The notes beneath the pieces were generated by a model. It was not told the origin of the DNA and made no database searches. It was given only the letters and a program-made list of their open reading frames with translations. From an uncultured Acidimicrobiia bacterium (GTDB lineage Bacteria; Actinomycetota; Acidimicrobiia; Acidimicrobiales; AC-14): 64,000 nt of DNA. The DNA is taken from contig CAWIIV010000024.1 in assembly GCA_963836205.1 (NCBI GenBank), positions 128,001 through 192,000 of the forward strand. Reading direction: 5' to 3'. Shown one piece after another: positions 20,519-30,900 of the stretch. The position numbers and the translations under genes were made by a program. Every line of letters begins with the position of its first letter. The stretch's first letter is position 1.

Positions 20519-23500
20519 TCACTTCCGCAGCGCCATCCGGTGGGCGACCGACGCCGCCTCGACCCGGCTGACGACGTTGAGCTTGGCCAGGATGTGGGAG
20601 ACGTGGACGCTCGCCGTCTTCTCGCTGATGAAGAGGGTGTTGGCGATCTGGCGGTTCGACGCCCCCTCGGCGATGAGGTCGAGCACCTCCCGCTCGCGGG
20701 ACGTGAGGCCGAAGGGGGCGGGTTCGGCCGGCGCGGCGGCGGCGGCCCCCGACCCGTCCCCGGCCGCGTCGTCCGCCGGCGACTCGACCACCGCGATCCG
20801 AGCCCGGGTCGCCAGCTGCTCGATCTCGGCCTGGAACGGCGCCGCGCCCAGAGCCACGGCTGTGGCGTGGGCCGACCGGAGCAGGCGGGTGGCGACGGCC
20901 ACCCCTCCGCCCTCCCGCAGGTAGAGGGTCGCCTCCGCCCCCCGGTAGCGGGCGTAGGCCGCCGGATAGGGCTGGCCCACCGCGTCCCACGCGGCGGCGG
21001 CGTCGACCCACAGGTGGGGGGCGGGGGTGCCCTCCACCCGGGCGTGCTCGGCCGTCGCCAGCCGCTGGTAGGCGTCGATGATGCCGGCGTAGGCGAAGGG
21101 CAACAGCGACGACGCCGCCACCATCTGGGCCATGTCGGACATCAGGTCGGCGGCGGTTGCCAGGGCCGACGCCAGTTCCACCGGCGAGTGCCGCGCCCGC
21201 GCCCGCTCGGCCCGGTCGCCGTGGGCCCGCAGGCCGTGCCAAAGGAGCGGGGCCCCGAACCAGGGGTTGTCGGTGCCGCCCAGCGCCTTCAGCCCGTCCT
21301 CCACCGCGTCGCAGGCCTTGTCGAGGTCGCCCTGCCACATGGCCAGCCCCGCGGTGAGGGTGCTCAGCGGCGCCCGGTACTGGGGCGCGAGGGCCCGGGC
21401 CGACAGCGCCCGGGCGGTGTCGAGGTCGGCGGCGGCGTCGGCGAACCGGCCCCGTCCCACCGACATCCGGCCCCGGGCCAGGTACAGGTCGATGGCCGCC
21501 GTCCCGCTCGGCCGCAGGGCCATGGCCTCGTCGAGCAGAGCGTCGGCCTCGTCCCACCGCCCGAGCCGGAACAGACCGTTGGCTGCCGCCGCCAGCAGGG
21601 ACACGCCGTGGACCCGGTCGATGCCCAGGGAGCGGACCCGTCGCAGGCCCTGGGTGGCGGTGGCGACGGCCTCGTCGACCCGGTTGAGGGGACCGGACAG
21701 CAGCTCCGACAGGCTGAGATAGGCGCGGCCGACGTCGTCCGGGCGCCCGTCGTCCTCGAGGATGCGGATGGCCTCCCGGAGGTGGGCGATGCCGCTCTCG
21801 TCCTCCCCGAGCAGGACCAGGTCGGCGCCCAGGGTGGCCAGGGCCTGGCCCTCGTAGGGGCGGGAGTCGAGGCTGCGGGCCAGGGCCACCGCCTCCTCGG
21901 CCTGGACCCGCGACTCGCGGTACCGGCCCGCGAGCATGAGCGCCTGGGCCACCGACGCCACCACCCGGGCCCGTTCCGCCACCTGGCCCGCCCCCGCGCC
22001 CACCAGGGCGACCGCCTCCTCGTAGGCCACGAGCGCGGACTCGGTCTCGCCCGCGGCCCACAGGTAGCGGCCGAGGGACTCCTGGAGCAGGCCGGCCGCC
22101 ACCGGGTCGACGGTGGGGTCGACGCCGGACAGGGCCTTGCCGACGAGGATGCGAGCCCGGTCGTCGTCGCCCGCCAGGTGGGCGGCTTCGGCGGCCCGGG
22201 CCCGCAGCGTGGTGCGGTCGCAGCCGGCGAGACGTTCGGGATCGCGGGCCCGGCTCCAGAGTTGAAGGGCCCGCTCATAGTGGCTCTGGGCTTCGGCGAA
22301 GCCGTGCAGGCCCTGGGCGACGACCGCGGCCTCGACCGCGGCCGGCACCGCCCGGTCGGCGTTTTGGGCCGCGTACCAGTGGTAGGCCACCTCGGCCACG
22401 TGCTCGCCGGGGCTGTCGGCCAGCTCGGGGTGGAGGCTGAGCGCTTCCGCGTAGCAGGCATGGAGGCGGGCCCGTTCCTCGAACAGCAGCTCGCCGTAGG
22501 CCACCTCCCGCTGCAGGGCGTGGCGGAAGCGGTAGGTGCGGCGGTCGGAGTCGAACACCAGGAGCTGGTGGTCGATTGCTTCCCGGAGAGCGTCGTCGAG
22601 GGCGTCGTCGGCGATGCCGGTGGCCGCTCCCACCAGCCAGTGGGCCACCTCCCCGCCACCGACCGCGGCGGCCCGCAACAACCGCTGCGACGCGGGCGAG
22701 ACCACGCCCAGGCGGGCGGTGAGCATGTCGTGCAGTGTCAGGGGCAGACCCTGCTCGTCGCCCTGCTCGGCGGTGGCGAGCAGCTCTTCGGCGTGGAACG
22801 GGTTGCCTTCGCTTCGGCGCCAGATGGCGTCGACCAGCTCGGGCCGGGGCGGCTCGCCCCGGATGCCGGTGAGCTGCGCCACCAGCTCGTCGCGGTCGAA
22901 GCGGCCGAGCTCGAAGCGGTCGACCCGACCCCGCCGGTAGAGCTCGGCCAGGTACCGCCGGAGGGGATGCCGGCTGGGCAGCTCGTCGCTGCGATAGGTG
23001 ACGACCACGAGCACCGGTTCGTTCATGAGGTTGACGAGGAGGAAGGTGAGCAGGTCGCGGGTGGAGCTGTCGGCCCAGTGGGCGTCCTCCACCACCAGCA
23101 GCACGGGCGCCCGCTCCCCGAGCCGGCCGAGGACGTCACGCACCGTCTCGAACAGCCGCGCCCGCGACGTCGGCCCCGCGGGGCCGCTGTCCTCCTCCGG
23201 CTCGAGCGTCCGCCGCAGCTCGGGGACGAGGCGGGCGATCTCATGGGCGCCCGGCCCGAGCACGTCGGCCCGTTCGGAGCCCGAGGTGGCCCGCATGAGG
23301 TTGCGGAGGGCCTCCGCGATCGGGCTGTACGGCAGCCCGTCCTCGGTGGCCTCGATGCAGCTCCCGACGAGGACCCACGCCCCCGCCGCGGAGGCACGGC
23401 GGGCGAGCTCGCCGACCAACCGGCTCTTGCCCACGCCCGCCTCGCCGCCGACGATGACCGCGTTGGGCTCCCCCGCCGCGGCTCGGTCGAGGGCGGCCGA

Positions 23501-23560
23501 GAGCTGTTCCAATTCCTGCGTCCGCCCGAGGAACGGTGCGCTGAGGACTCGGCCAGGCAC
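20519..23560 (-). CDS. large ATP-binding LuxR-family regulator (AAA + TPR + HTH)
   Basis: GEAGVGKS, VVEDAHWAD, SEGNPF, C-terminal LTSREREVL...ISEKTASVHVSHILAKL. Confidence 0.92.
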   Translation of the reverse strand: MPGRVLSAPFLGRTQELEQLSAALDRAAAGEPNAVIVGGEAGVGKSRLVGELARRASAAGAWVLVGSCIEATEDGLPYSPIAEALRNLMRATSGSERADVLGPGAHEIARLVPELRRTLEPEEDSGPAGPTSRARLFETVRDVLGRLGERAPVLLVVEDAHWADSSTRDLLTFLLVNLMNEPVLVVVTYRSDELPSRHPLRRYLAELYRRGRVDRFELGRFDRDELVAQLTGIRGEPPRPELVDAIWRRSEGNPFHAEELLATAEQGDEQGLPLTLHDMLTARLGVVSPASQRLLRAAAVGGGEVAHWLVGAATGIADDALDDALREAIDHQLLVFDSDRRTYRFRHALQREVAYGELLFEERARLHACYAEALSLHPELADSPGEHVAEVAYHWYAAQNADRAVPAAVEAAVVAQGLHGFAEAQSHYERALQLWSRARDPERLAGCDRTTLRARAAEAAHLAGDDDRARILVGKALSGVDPTVDPVAAGLLQESLGRYLWAAGETESALVAYEEAVALVGAGAGQVAERARVVASVAQALMLAGRYRESRVQAEEAVALARSLDSRPYEGQALATLGADLVLLGEDESGIAHLREAIRILEDDGRPDDVGRAYLSLSELLSGPLNRVDEAVATATQGLRRVRSLGIDRVHGVSLLAAAANGLFRLGRWDEADALLDEAMALRPSGTAAIDLYLARGRMSVGRGRFADAAADLDTARALSARALAPQYRAPLSTLTAGLAMWQGDLDKACDAVEDGLKALGGTDNPWFGAPLLWHGLRAHGDRAERARARHSPVELASALATAADLMSDMAQMVAASSLLPFAYAGIIDAYQRLATAEHARVEGTPAPHLWVDAAAAWDAVGQPYPAAYARYRGAEATLYLREGGGVAVATRLLRSAHATAVALGAAPFQAEIEQLATRARIAVVESPADDAAGDGSGAAAAAPAEPAPFGLTSREREVLDLIAEGASNRQIANTLFISEKTASVHVSHILAKLNVVSRVEAASVAHRMALRK

Positions 23561-23621
23561 GATGCCAGTATTGCCGGAAAGCGGTGGCGCGAAGCCGGGC
23601 GCCTCGCTAGCGTGCCCGCCC

Positions 23622-24362
23622 ATGACAACTACGGCGGATGTTGTGGAGCATGTGGGTACGATCGCGGAAGCGCTCGACCGCATGGCGGAGATCGGCGTGT
23701 TGGTGGAGTTCGACCCGGACGACCCCGGGCCTCCCGGGTCCCAGGACGGGCTGGTGTGCTTCAACCACCTCTACACCAAGGTCACCAAAAGGGTCGACGA
23801 TCTGGTGAACGAAGGCGGGTTCGGCGACGGCAAGTTCATGACCGCCCTCGACGTGGCCTTCGCCAACCGCTACTTCGAGGCGATCGCGGCGTGGGAGGCC
23901 CGGCGGGTCGACGACCTGCCTCGGGTCTGGGGGGTGCTGCTCGACCGTCGGGACGTGCCCGACATCGCGTCGATCCAGTTCGCGGCGGCGGGCGTCAACG
24001 CCCACATCAACCTCGACCTCGCGATCGCACTGGTGCACACCTGCAACCAGCTCGGAGTCCCCCTCGGCGCCGGTGACCAGCGGGCGGAGTACGAGAAGAT
24101 CAACGAGATCTTCGGCGACCTGTTCGCGATCTTCCGGGCGGAGTTCACCCAGGGTCGCTACGAGCACATTGACCAAGGCAAGGTCGAGCGCCATCTCGAC
24201 CGCGTCAGCCACTTCGTCGTCGACAAGGCCCGGGACGTGGCGTGGGAGAGCGCGGAGGAGATCTTCGAGCAGATGGAGCGCAGCAAGCGGCGCGCCGACC
24301 GGTTCACCAACCGGCTCGACACCATCTTCGGGTTCGCGGCGCGTGGACTGCTGATCCGCTGA
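23622..24362 (+). CDS. DUF5995-family protein
   Basis: DGLVCFNHLYTKVT, LDVAFANRYF, AGVNAHINLDL. Confidence 0.75.
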   Translation: MTTTADVVEHVGTIAEALDRMAEIGVLVEFDPDDPGPPGSQDGLVCFNHLYTKVTKRVDDLVNEGGFGDGKFMTALDVAFANRYFEAIAAWEARRVDDLPRVWGVLLDRRDVPDIASIQFAAAGVNAHINLDLAIALVHTCNQLGVPLGAGDQRAEYEKINEIFGDLFAIFRAEFTQGRYEHIDQGKVERHLDRVSHFVVDKARDVAWESAEEIFEQMERSKRRADRFTNRLDTIFGFAARGLLIR

Positions 24363-24685
24363 CCCTCCTGGGGTCCTAGCCCCTCCGTTAGCTTCGGCGC
24401 AGGCCATTCCGGTCGATGCCGGCGGGCAGAACCGGCCTCCTTCGAGCCAGGCGTCGAGGTCGCCGTGGGCGTGGTGGGCGGTGCCATGGATCCCACGGAG
24501 CCGGGTGGCGCGCCCACACCGGCCGCCGACGAGCGAATGGCGCGAGTGGTCCCTGCCGGGGCCCAGTAGCGCCGCTCGTTCGGAGAACCGGCGCCGCCCT
24601 GCGCCGAGCGAATGCCACGAGTACCCCCTCTGAAGCGGGGTCGTGGCGAACGCTCGGCCCATGCCACTCGCTCGCCCCGCGACCC

Positions 24686-25468
24686 CTACTTGCCCTTCTT
24701 GACCGCGGCCAGGCTTGCTTCCAGCGCGGCCATGAGGTCGACGACCTTCGGCGCGTCGTCGGCGGCTTCCTCGACCACGATCTCCTGGCCGGCGGCCTTC
24801 TGCTCGATGAGCTGGAGGACGCGCTCCCGGTAGTCGTCCTTGTACTTGTCGGGGTCGAAGTCGGTGGTGAGGGAGTCGATGAGCTGGCGGGCCATCTTCT
24901 CCTCCCGCTCGGTGACTTCGATCTCGTCGCCGGGGACGTCGAGCTCGTCGAGCGGGTTGACCTCGTCCGGGTAGAGCATCGTCTCCAGCACGAGGGCCCG
25001 GCCCAGGGGCCGGATGGCGGCCAGGTACTGCTTGGTGCGCAGGACGACCCGGGCGATCCCGACCTTGTTGGTCTCCTGCATCGCCCGGCGCAGCAGGACG
25101 TAGGCCTTGGCCCCGCCCTTGTCGGGCGCCAGGTAGTACGGGTGGTCGTAGTAGATGGGGTCGATCTGGTCGAGGTCGACGAAATCCTCGATGTCGATCG
25201 ACCGGGTGGCCTTGGGGTCGAGGGCGTTGAGCTCCTCGGGCGAGATCATCACGTAGGTGTCGGGGCCCAGCTCGTAGCCCTTGACGATGTCCTCGTAGGG
25301 GACCTCTTCGCCGGTGGCGGCCGACACCCGCTTCTGCTTCACCCGCGACTTGCTCTTGGCGTCGATCTGGTGGAACCGGACGTCCTTGGGGGACACCGCG
25401 CTGTAGAGCTTCACCGGCACGTTCACCAGCCCGAAGCTGATGGCGCCGGACCACATCGAACGGGCCAC
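24686..25468 (-). CDS. ku: NHEJ DNA end-binding protein Ku
   Basis: RSMWSGAISFGLVNVPVKLY, IVKGYE, PYYLAP, VVDLMAALEAS; GGAGG RBS. Confidence 0.96.
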   Translation of the reverse strand: MARSMWSGAISFGLVNVPVKLYSAVSPKDVRFHQIDAKSKSRVKQKRVSAATGEEVPYEDIVKGYELGPDTYVMISPEELNALDPKATRSIDIEDFVDLDQIDPIYYDHPYYLAPDKGGAKAYVLLRRAMQETNKVGIARVVLRTKQYLAAIRPLGRALVLETMLYPDEVNPLDELDVPGDEIEVTEREEKMARQLIDSLTTDFDPDKYKDDYRERVLQLIEQKAAGQEIVVEEAADDAPKVVDLMAALEASLAAVKKGK

Positions 25469-25496
25469 GGTTACCTCCTGCCCACAGATCGTAGGG

Positions 25497-26924
25497 TCAA
25501 CCGTTCTCCTTCGGAGTCATACGGCGGATCGCGTCCAACGCCCGGGCCAAGGCCTCCGGTGAGTCGGCGCCGCCCACCACCGTCCCGCCCTCGCCGACCT
25601 CCTCGACGTCCTGGTCGACGCGGACGCTGTCGCCACCCACAACGCCGATGATCGTCCCGTCCACGCGGTCGGCGTCCTGGTCGACGGCGACGGCCCCGGT
25701 CGCCCCCGGCTCGACCACGGCGCCCAGGACGAGGCCGCCGGCGGACACGTTGCCGACCCGCTGGCGGTAGAGGCGGGCCGATCCCGCCACCGCCTCCTCC
25801 CGGGCGGCCCGCGCCGAAACCGGCTCGAACAGCCGACCGCCGTGATCCCGCAGGTAGAGGACGGGGACGGCCCAGTCGCGGTCGTCGGCGTGGTCGCCGG
25901 TGGACACGGTGCGGATGGCGGTGCGGCCGAGGGCGACGGCCTCGTCGACGGTGAGTCCCGCCACCAATGCCCGGTAGAGGCCGCCGGCGAAGGCGGCCGC
26001 CCGCCGGTCGCCGATGGTGAACTGCATGGCGACCACCGCGGGGACGCCCCGCTGGACGAGGGCCGCCGCCGCACCCGCCCATACGTTGTGGTCGTCGCGA
26101 CGGCCGGTGTCGCAGGCGCCGAGGACTGCCAGGCGGACGCCCTTGGCCTGCACCATCTCCGCCACCCGCGCCGCCGGGACCACCTCGGCCGGGCCGCCGG
26201 CACCGCCGCCCCCCGCGAACACCAGCCCCCCGTCGGGGGTGCCGTGGCCGGCGAAGTGGAACACGTCCGCCCCCGCCGCCAGCGCCTCCAGCACCGAGGC
26301 CTGCCCGGCGTCGGCCACGAAGTCGGCGGTGACGCCGGCCACGCCGTCGAGGGCGGCGGCCAGGGCCTCCCGCTCGGCGGCCAGCGAGGGCAGGGGCGGG
26401 TACCCCTCGGGACTGGCGGTCGCCACCACCACCCGTCGACCGGCGGCCGCCTCGGCCGGCGCAGGCAACGGCGTGGCCACCGCCTGGTGGCGGACGATCG
26501 AGATCCGGGGGTCGAGGGCCAGGAACCCGGTCGCGTCGGGCTCGCCCGTGTGCCGGGCGACCCATGCCAGCTCCCAGGGGACGTCGGCCAGCTCGTCGGC
26601 CAGCCGGAGGCGGACCCGGAGGCCCTCGTCGTCGGCCAGCCGGGCCAGGCTGGCGTCGAACAGGCGCCGGGCACCGTCGGGGAGGAGCAGGCCGCCGAGG
26701 ATCGCGCCCAGCTCGATCTGGGCCCCGAGGTCGTCGTCGATCTGGCGGCGGTCGAGCCAGCCGATGCGAGGGGCGAGGTCGGCGGGCATCTTCACCCGCT
26801 CCTCGCGCTCGCCCTCGCCCGCGGGCGACTCGAACACCCGCACCCCGAAGGAGGCGATCAGCCCCTTCCGCCGCTTCACCTGGTCGGCGAGGACGACGAA
26901 GTCGAGGTAGCGGGTCAGCGGCAT
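25497..26924 (-). CDS. CHAT (caspase-like) domain protease with C-terminal beta-repeat tail
   Basis: LADVPWEL, catalytic FHFAGHG and VLGACDTG, VVAMQFTI, DWAVPVLY. Confidence 0.88.
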   Translation of the reverse strand: MPLTRYLDFVVLADQVKRRKGLIASFGVRVFESPAGEGEREERVKMPADLAPRIGWLDRRQIDDDLGAQIELGAILGGLLLPDGARRLFDASLARLADDEGLRVRLRLADELADVPWELAWVARHTGEPDATGFLALDPRISIVRHQAVATPLPAPAEAAAGRRVVVATASPEGYPPLPSLAAEREALAAALDGVAGVTADFVADAGQASVLEALAAGADVFHFAGHGTPDGGLVFAGGGGAGGPAEVVPAARVAEMVQAKGVRLAVLGACDTGRRDDHNVWAGAAAALVQRGVPAVVAMQFTIGDRRAAAFAGGLYRALVAGLTVDEAVALGRTAIRTVSTGDHADDRDWAVPVLYLRDHGGRLFEPVSARAAREEAVAGSARLYRQRVGNVSAGGLVLGAVVEPGATGAVAVDQDADRVDGTIIGVVGGDSVRVDQDVEEVGEGGTVVGGADSPEALARALDAIRRMTPKENG

Positions 26925-27967
26925 CGGGCCCGAACCCATCGACCGACGTCGGGCAGCCACCCGAGGGCCGCCAGGGGGGCGACGAAGCCGACCACCATGA
27001 CCACGCGGAACCCGGGCCGCAGCCATGGGAGCAGCAGTGCCACCGGCAGGGCCATGAGCAGGAGCAGGTGGAGGGTGCCCGCCAGCCGCAGTGACTCCGG
27101 CTCGCCGCCGGCAGCCACCGCGCCCGACAACGCCCAGCCCCCGGCCGCGCCCAGCCCGAGCACGGCCAGCAACGTCGCCGCCCGGGCCCCGAAACCGTAT
27201 GCGAGCCCGCCTCCGGCCCACGCCCCCACGACCAGCGCCACCAGCCCGACGTGGAGCACCCACGCGTAGACCACCGTCAGCTGCGGGAGTGAGATCCGCC
27301 CGTCGTCATCGGCCCGGGCGCCCATGGCGATGGCGGTCGACCAGGCCCCGCAGCGGGCGTCGTTGGCCAGATCGCGAAGCCCGCCGTGGACCCCGTTGGC
27401 GAGCACGATGAACACCGTCCAGAAGGCGAACAGCCACCACGTGAGCGCCGTCCACGGCCCCCGGACGGCGGCCCCGTAGAGGAACAACGACGCCCACCCC
27501 AGGCCCTGGGCCACGTCGAGCAGCCACGGCACGGGCGAGCGCTTGCCCCACCCGTCGTAGACGGCCATGAGGGCGAAGGCCACCACCAGGGCGGCCAACG
27601 CCCGTCCGCCCCCGTCCCCCGAGGCCACCGCCACCGCCAGGCTCGCCGCCGCCCCGGCCAACGCCAGCGCCAGCGCCACCCCTGGACCGACCGAGCCCCG
27701 CACGAGGGGGCTGACCGCCCGGCGGGGCTCGTGGCGGTCGATGGGCAGGTCGACCACGTCGTTGAGCAGGTAGGCGAACAGGTGGTAGCCGAGGGCGACC
27801 GCCACCAGCACGCCGGCCGTCCCCCACGGCAACGACGGCGACACCGACGCCGCCCCCAGCAGGGGCATGGCGAGCGTGCCGCCGAGGGCCGACAGCCGCA
27901 CGAACAGCCCGAGCGCCTGCAACCGCCGGTGGCGGCGCACCACCGGCGCCCACGTGGTCCGGGTCAC
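26915..27967 (-). CDS. UbiA-family prenyltransferase
   Basis: YLLNDVVDLPIDR (NDxxDxxxD) followed by SPLVRG; second motif RDLAND; multi-TM; GTGA coupling to the upstream ATPase. Confidence 0.82.
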   Translation of the reverse strand: MTRTTWAPVVRRHRRLQALGLFVRLSALGGTLAMPLLGAASVSPSLPWGTAGVLVAVALGYHLFAYLLNDVVDLPIDRHEPRRAVSPLVRGSVGPGVALALALAGAAASLAVAVASGDGGGRALAALVVAFALMAVYDGWGKRSPVPWLLDVAQGLGWASLFLYGAAVRGPWTALTWWLFAFWTVFIVLANGVHGGLRDLANDARCGAWSTAIAMGARADDDGRISLPQLTVVYAWVLHVGLVALVVGAWAGGGLAYGFGARAATLLAVLGLGAAGGWALSGAVAAGGEPESLRLAGTLHLLLLMALPVALLLPWLRPGFRVVMVVGFVAPLAALGWLPDVGRWVRARCR

Positions 27968-30900
27968 GCGTCGGTCCACCGTTCGAGGCGGTAGTCGGCC
28001 TTCCGCAGCATGTCCAGCGGGCCGGGCGTGATCTTGCGCACGAAGGCTTTGGCGTCCTTGGCCGTGGCCAGGGCGCCCAGGATCCCGGTCAGCAGCCCGA
28101 CCCGCATCTTGGGATGGAACAGCGCCTGGTGGACCCCGTTGTTGTAGAACCCGACCCACACCACGTAGCGCCGCACCACCTCCACGTCGCCCCGCTGGGC
28201 CACCAGCAGCCGCAGCCGGTCGGGGGCGCCGACGTCGCGCAGGAACAGGTCGACGGTGTCGGGGTGGAGGACTCTCATGGTGGCCAGGGTGGTGGCCAGG
28301 CTGTCCTCCACGGCCGGGTCGAGCAGCTGGGGGACCGACTCCCGCAACGTCTCCAGCACCGCCTGGGGATACGAGAAGCCGACCGGCGCCAGCCCCCGGA
28401 TGACCCGGTCGAGCAGGGCCGGATCGCCCCCGGCAGCCGCGCCCGACAGGAGCGTCCCCAGGTAGGTCATGGGCCCGCCCCGCTTGCCGTAGGCCAGCCC
28501 GAGGGGGAGGAGGTCGATCTCGAACGGGACGCTCGTCCCCCCGTCGGCGGCGAGGAACGCGGGCCGGTTCTCGTCCACGAACGTACGGGTGAGGTCCTCC
28601 AGCAACCCGACCCACCCGGTCGGTGCCTTCTCCACCAGCACCGCGAACGCCCACAGCGCCCACCGCCGCCCGTTGTCGTCGAGCCGGTCGAACAGCCCCC
28701 GGACGAAGGCGTCGGTGCCCGCGGGGTCGTGGAACGAGTGGATGGCAATCACCATCCCGCCCACCATCCGGGTCTGGGAGAAGGGCGACTGGAGGAGGGC
28801 GGCCAGGTCGTCGGCCCGAGCCCCCACGTCGGTGGCGGGGTCGACGAGCGGGACGACCCGGCCGATGGCCTTCCGGTCCGACGCGAAGAACCGGCGGGCC
28901 TCGTCGGGGCTGCTGAACAGGAACGTCTCCAGCAGGCGCTTCGCGTAGACCTGGGCCACCAACGGGGTGGCCACCTTCACCAGCGCCTTCACGTTCAGCA
29001 GGTGGAGCTTGAGCCGGTTGCGCAGCACCTCGTGCCAGAGGGCACTGGTCTGGGCCACCACGTCGGCCCGGTCGGGGTGGTTGACGTAGATCAGGATCGA
29101 CAGCCCGGCCAGGAAGTCGAGGACCAGGCGGTCGTTCTTGCGGAGGATCTGGCCGCTGATGGTGACCGTCGACGCCAGGTCGGTGAGGAGCTGCACCGGC
29201 AGGCAGCCGGGGTCGTCCGGCCGCCAGCGGAGGTAGGCGTAGAGGCAGGCCGCCTGGCGCACGACGTCGCGGCTGTCGACCGCCGCCCGCCGGAACACGT
29301 CGAGCGCCCCCGCGGCGGCGGCCGCCTTGAGGGCCACGTTCCAGGCGTCGGCCGATTGGGTGGCCAGCAGGCGGAGCATGGTGTCGAGCGCCCGCCGCCC
29401 GTTCGCCCCCCCGTCCTTGGCCGCCAGCTGCACCAGGGCCTCGGTGGCCAGGCCCCGCAGCTCGACCTCGGCTGCCACCGCCATCGTCTCCACCAGCCCC
29501 ACCAGCCGGTCCGGCCCACCGGGCGGGGGCGGGGCCAGGCCCACCTCGACCGCGGTGCGGACGTCGTCGTAGATCGCCGCCGGGCCGCCGGGCGCCTCCT
29601 GCTGGCGGGCCCGGAACCCGGGGTCGAGCACGACGTCGAACAGCTCGCCGGTGCGGGTGGCCCGGTCGGCGGGCCGGTCGAGGGCGCCCAGGCTGGCGGC
29701 CATGTGGCGGACGAGGTTGCGCAGGCAGTAGCCGTCGTCGCAGTTGGCCCAGTCACCACCCCACAGGTCGGCCCGCGCCCGCTGGTAGTGGCGGACGATG
29801 CGGTCGTGCTGCTTGGGCGGGGCCACGTAGAAGCGGTTGTCGGAGCCGCGGTCGTCGATGTAGCGGGTGGCCAGGAAGTCGGCCAGCGACCGGTGGTAGA
29901 GCCGCCACCCGCCGCCGCTGCCTCCACCTCCGGCGGTGCCGCCCTCGGGGGTCGGCTCCCACTCGGTGACCTGCTCCACCGATTGGAGGAAGCGGCTGAG
30001 GTCGTCGTCCTCCCACTCCAGCCAGCCCAGGAGGCGGTCGGCGGGGGCAGCCGGCAGGGCCACGCTGATGCTGCCCAGCAGGGGCTGGTAGCGCTCGCCC
30101 CAGGCTGGGCCCCGGTCGCGGTCGTCGAAGCCGGGGACGATGCGCTGGAGGTACTGGCGGTAGAGGTCGAACAGGCCGGTGGGCAGGTCGGCGGTGTCGG
30201 TGAGGGGACGGGTGCCCTTGGCCAGCTCGTCGAGCAGGAAGTCGATGAACAGGAAGTTCCCGGCCGCCTGCCGGGCCAGGCGCTCGACCACCGAGTCGAC
30301 GGTGGCCGGCGCCTCGATGCGGGCGGCCAGGCCGTCGGCGTCCAGCCGGGTGCGCACGAACCGGCGGACGTCGGCCTCGTTCGCCACCGCCCCGTCGCCG
30401 GAGGAGAGGTCGAGGTGGCGGACGTCGCCCCCGAACCCGTCCGTCAGCCGGGTCACGAGGGCCCGCTCGTTGCGGCTCGTGACCAGGAAGCGGACGTTGC
30501 CGGGCAGGCTGCCGGAGCGGGCCAGGAGCGACACGACCGTGGGCTCGGGGCCGCCGAACGCCTCGTCCACCCCGTCCACCAGGACGGCGAAGGTGCGGTC
30601 GGGGTGGGCCTCGGCCATGGTCCGCAGCGGCTCCACCACCCCCTGGGCGTAGCGGTCGCGGGCGTCGGGGATCTTGACGTCGAGGTCACCCACATGGCCG
30701 ACGACGGTGCCCTGGTTGACGCCCACCTCCTGGTGGACGAGCTCGGGCAGGTTGACCCGGAGGAAGGCGTCGGCGAACTCGGGGTGGCGGGCGGACAGTT
30801 GGTTGACCAGGCTGGTGACGAACCAAGCGGGGGTGATGTCGGCCCCGTCCTGGCCCCTGGTCATGCAGAAGCAGGCGGCCGACCACCCCGCCCGCACCCC

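Noticed and set aside
20111-24076. Very long alternative ORFs (e.g. 20111..24076 +, 28114..32169 +, 3990..7949 -, 31965..34928 +)
   Set aside because: Shadow frames of real genes in high-GC DNA; Arg/Gly/Pro-rich with no motifs
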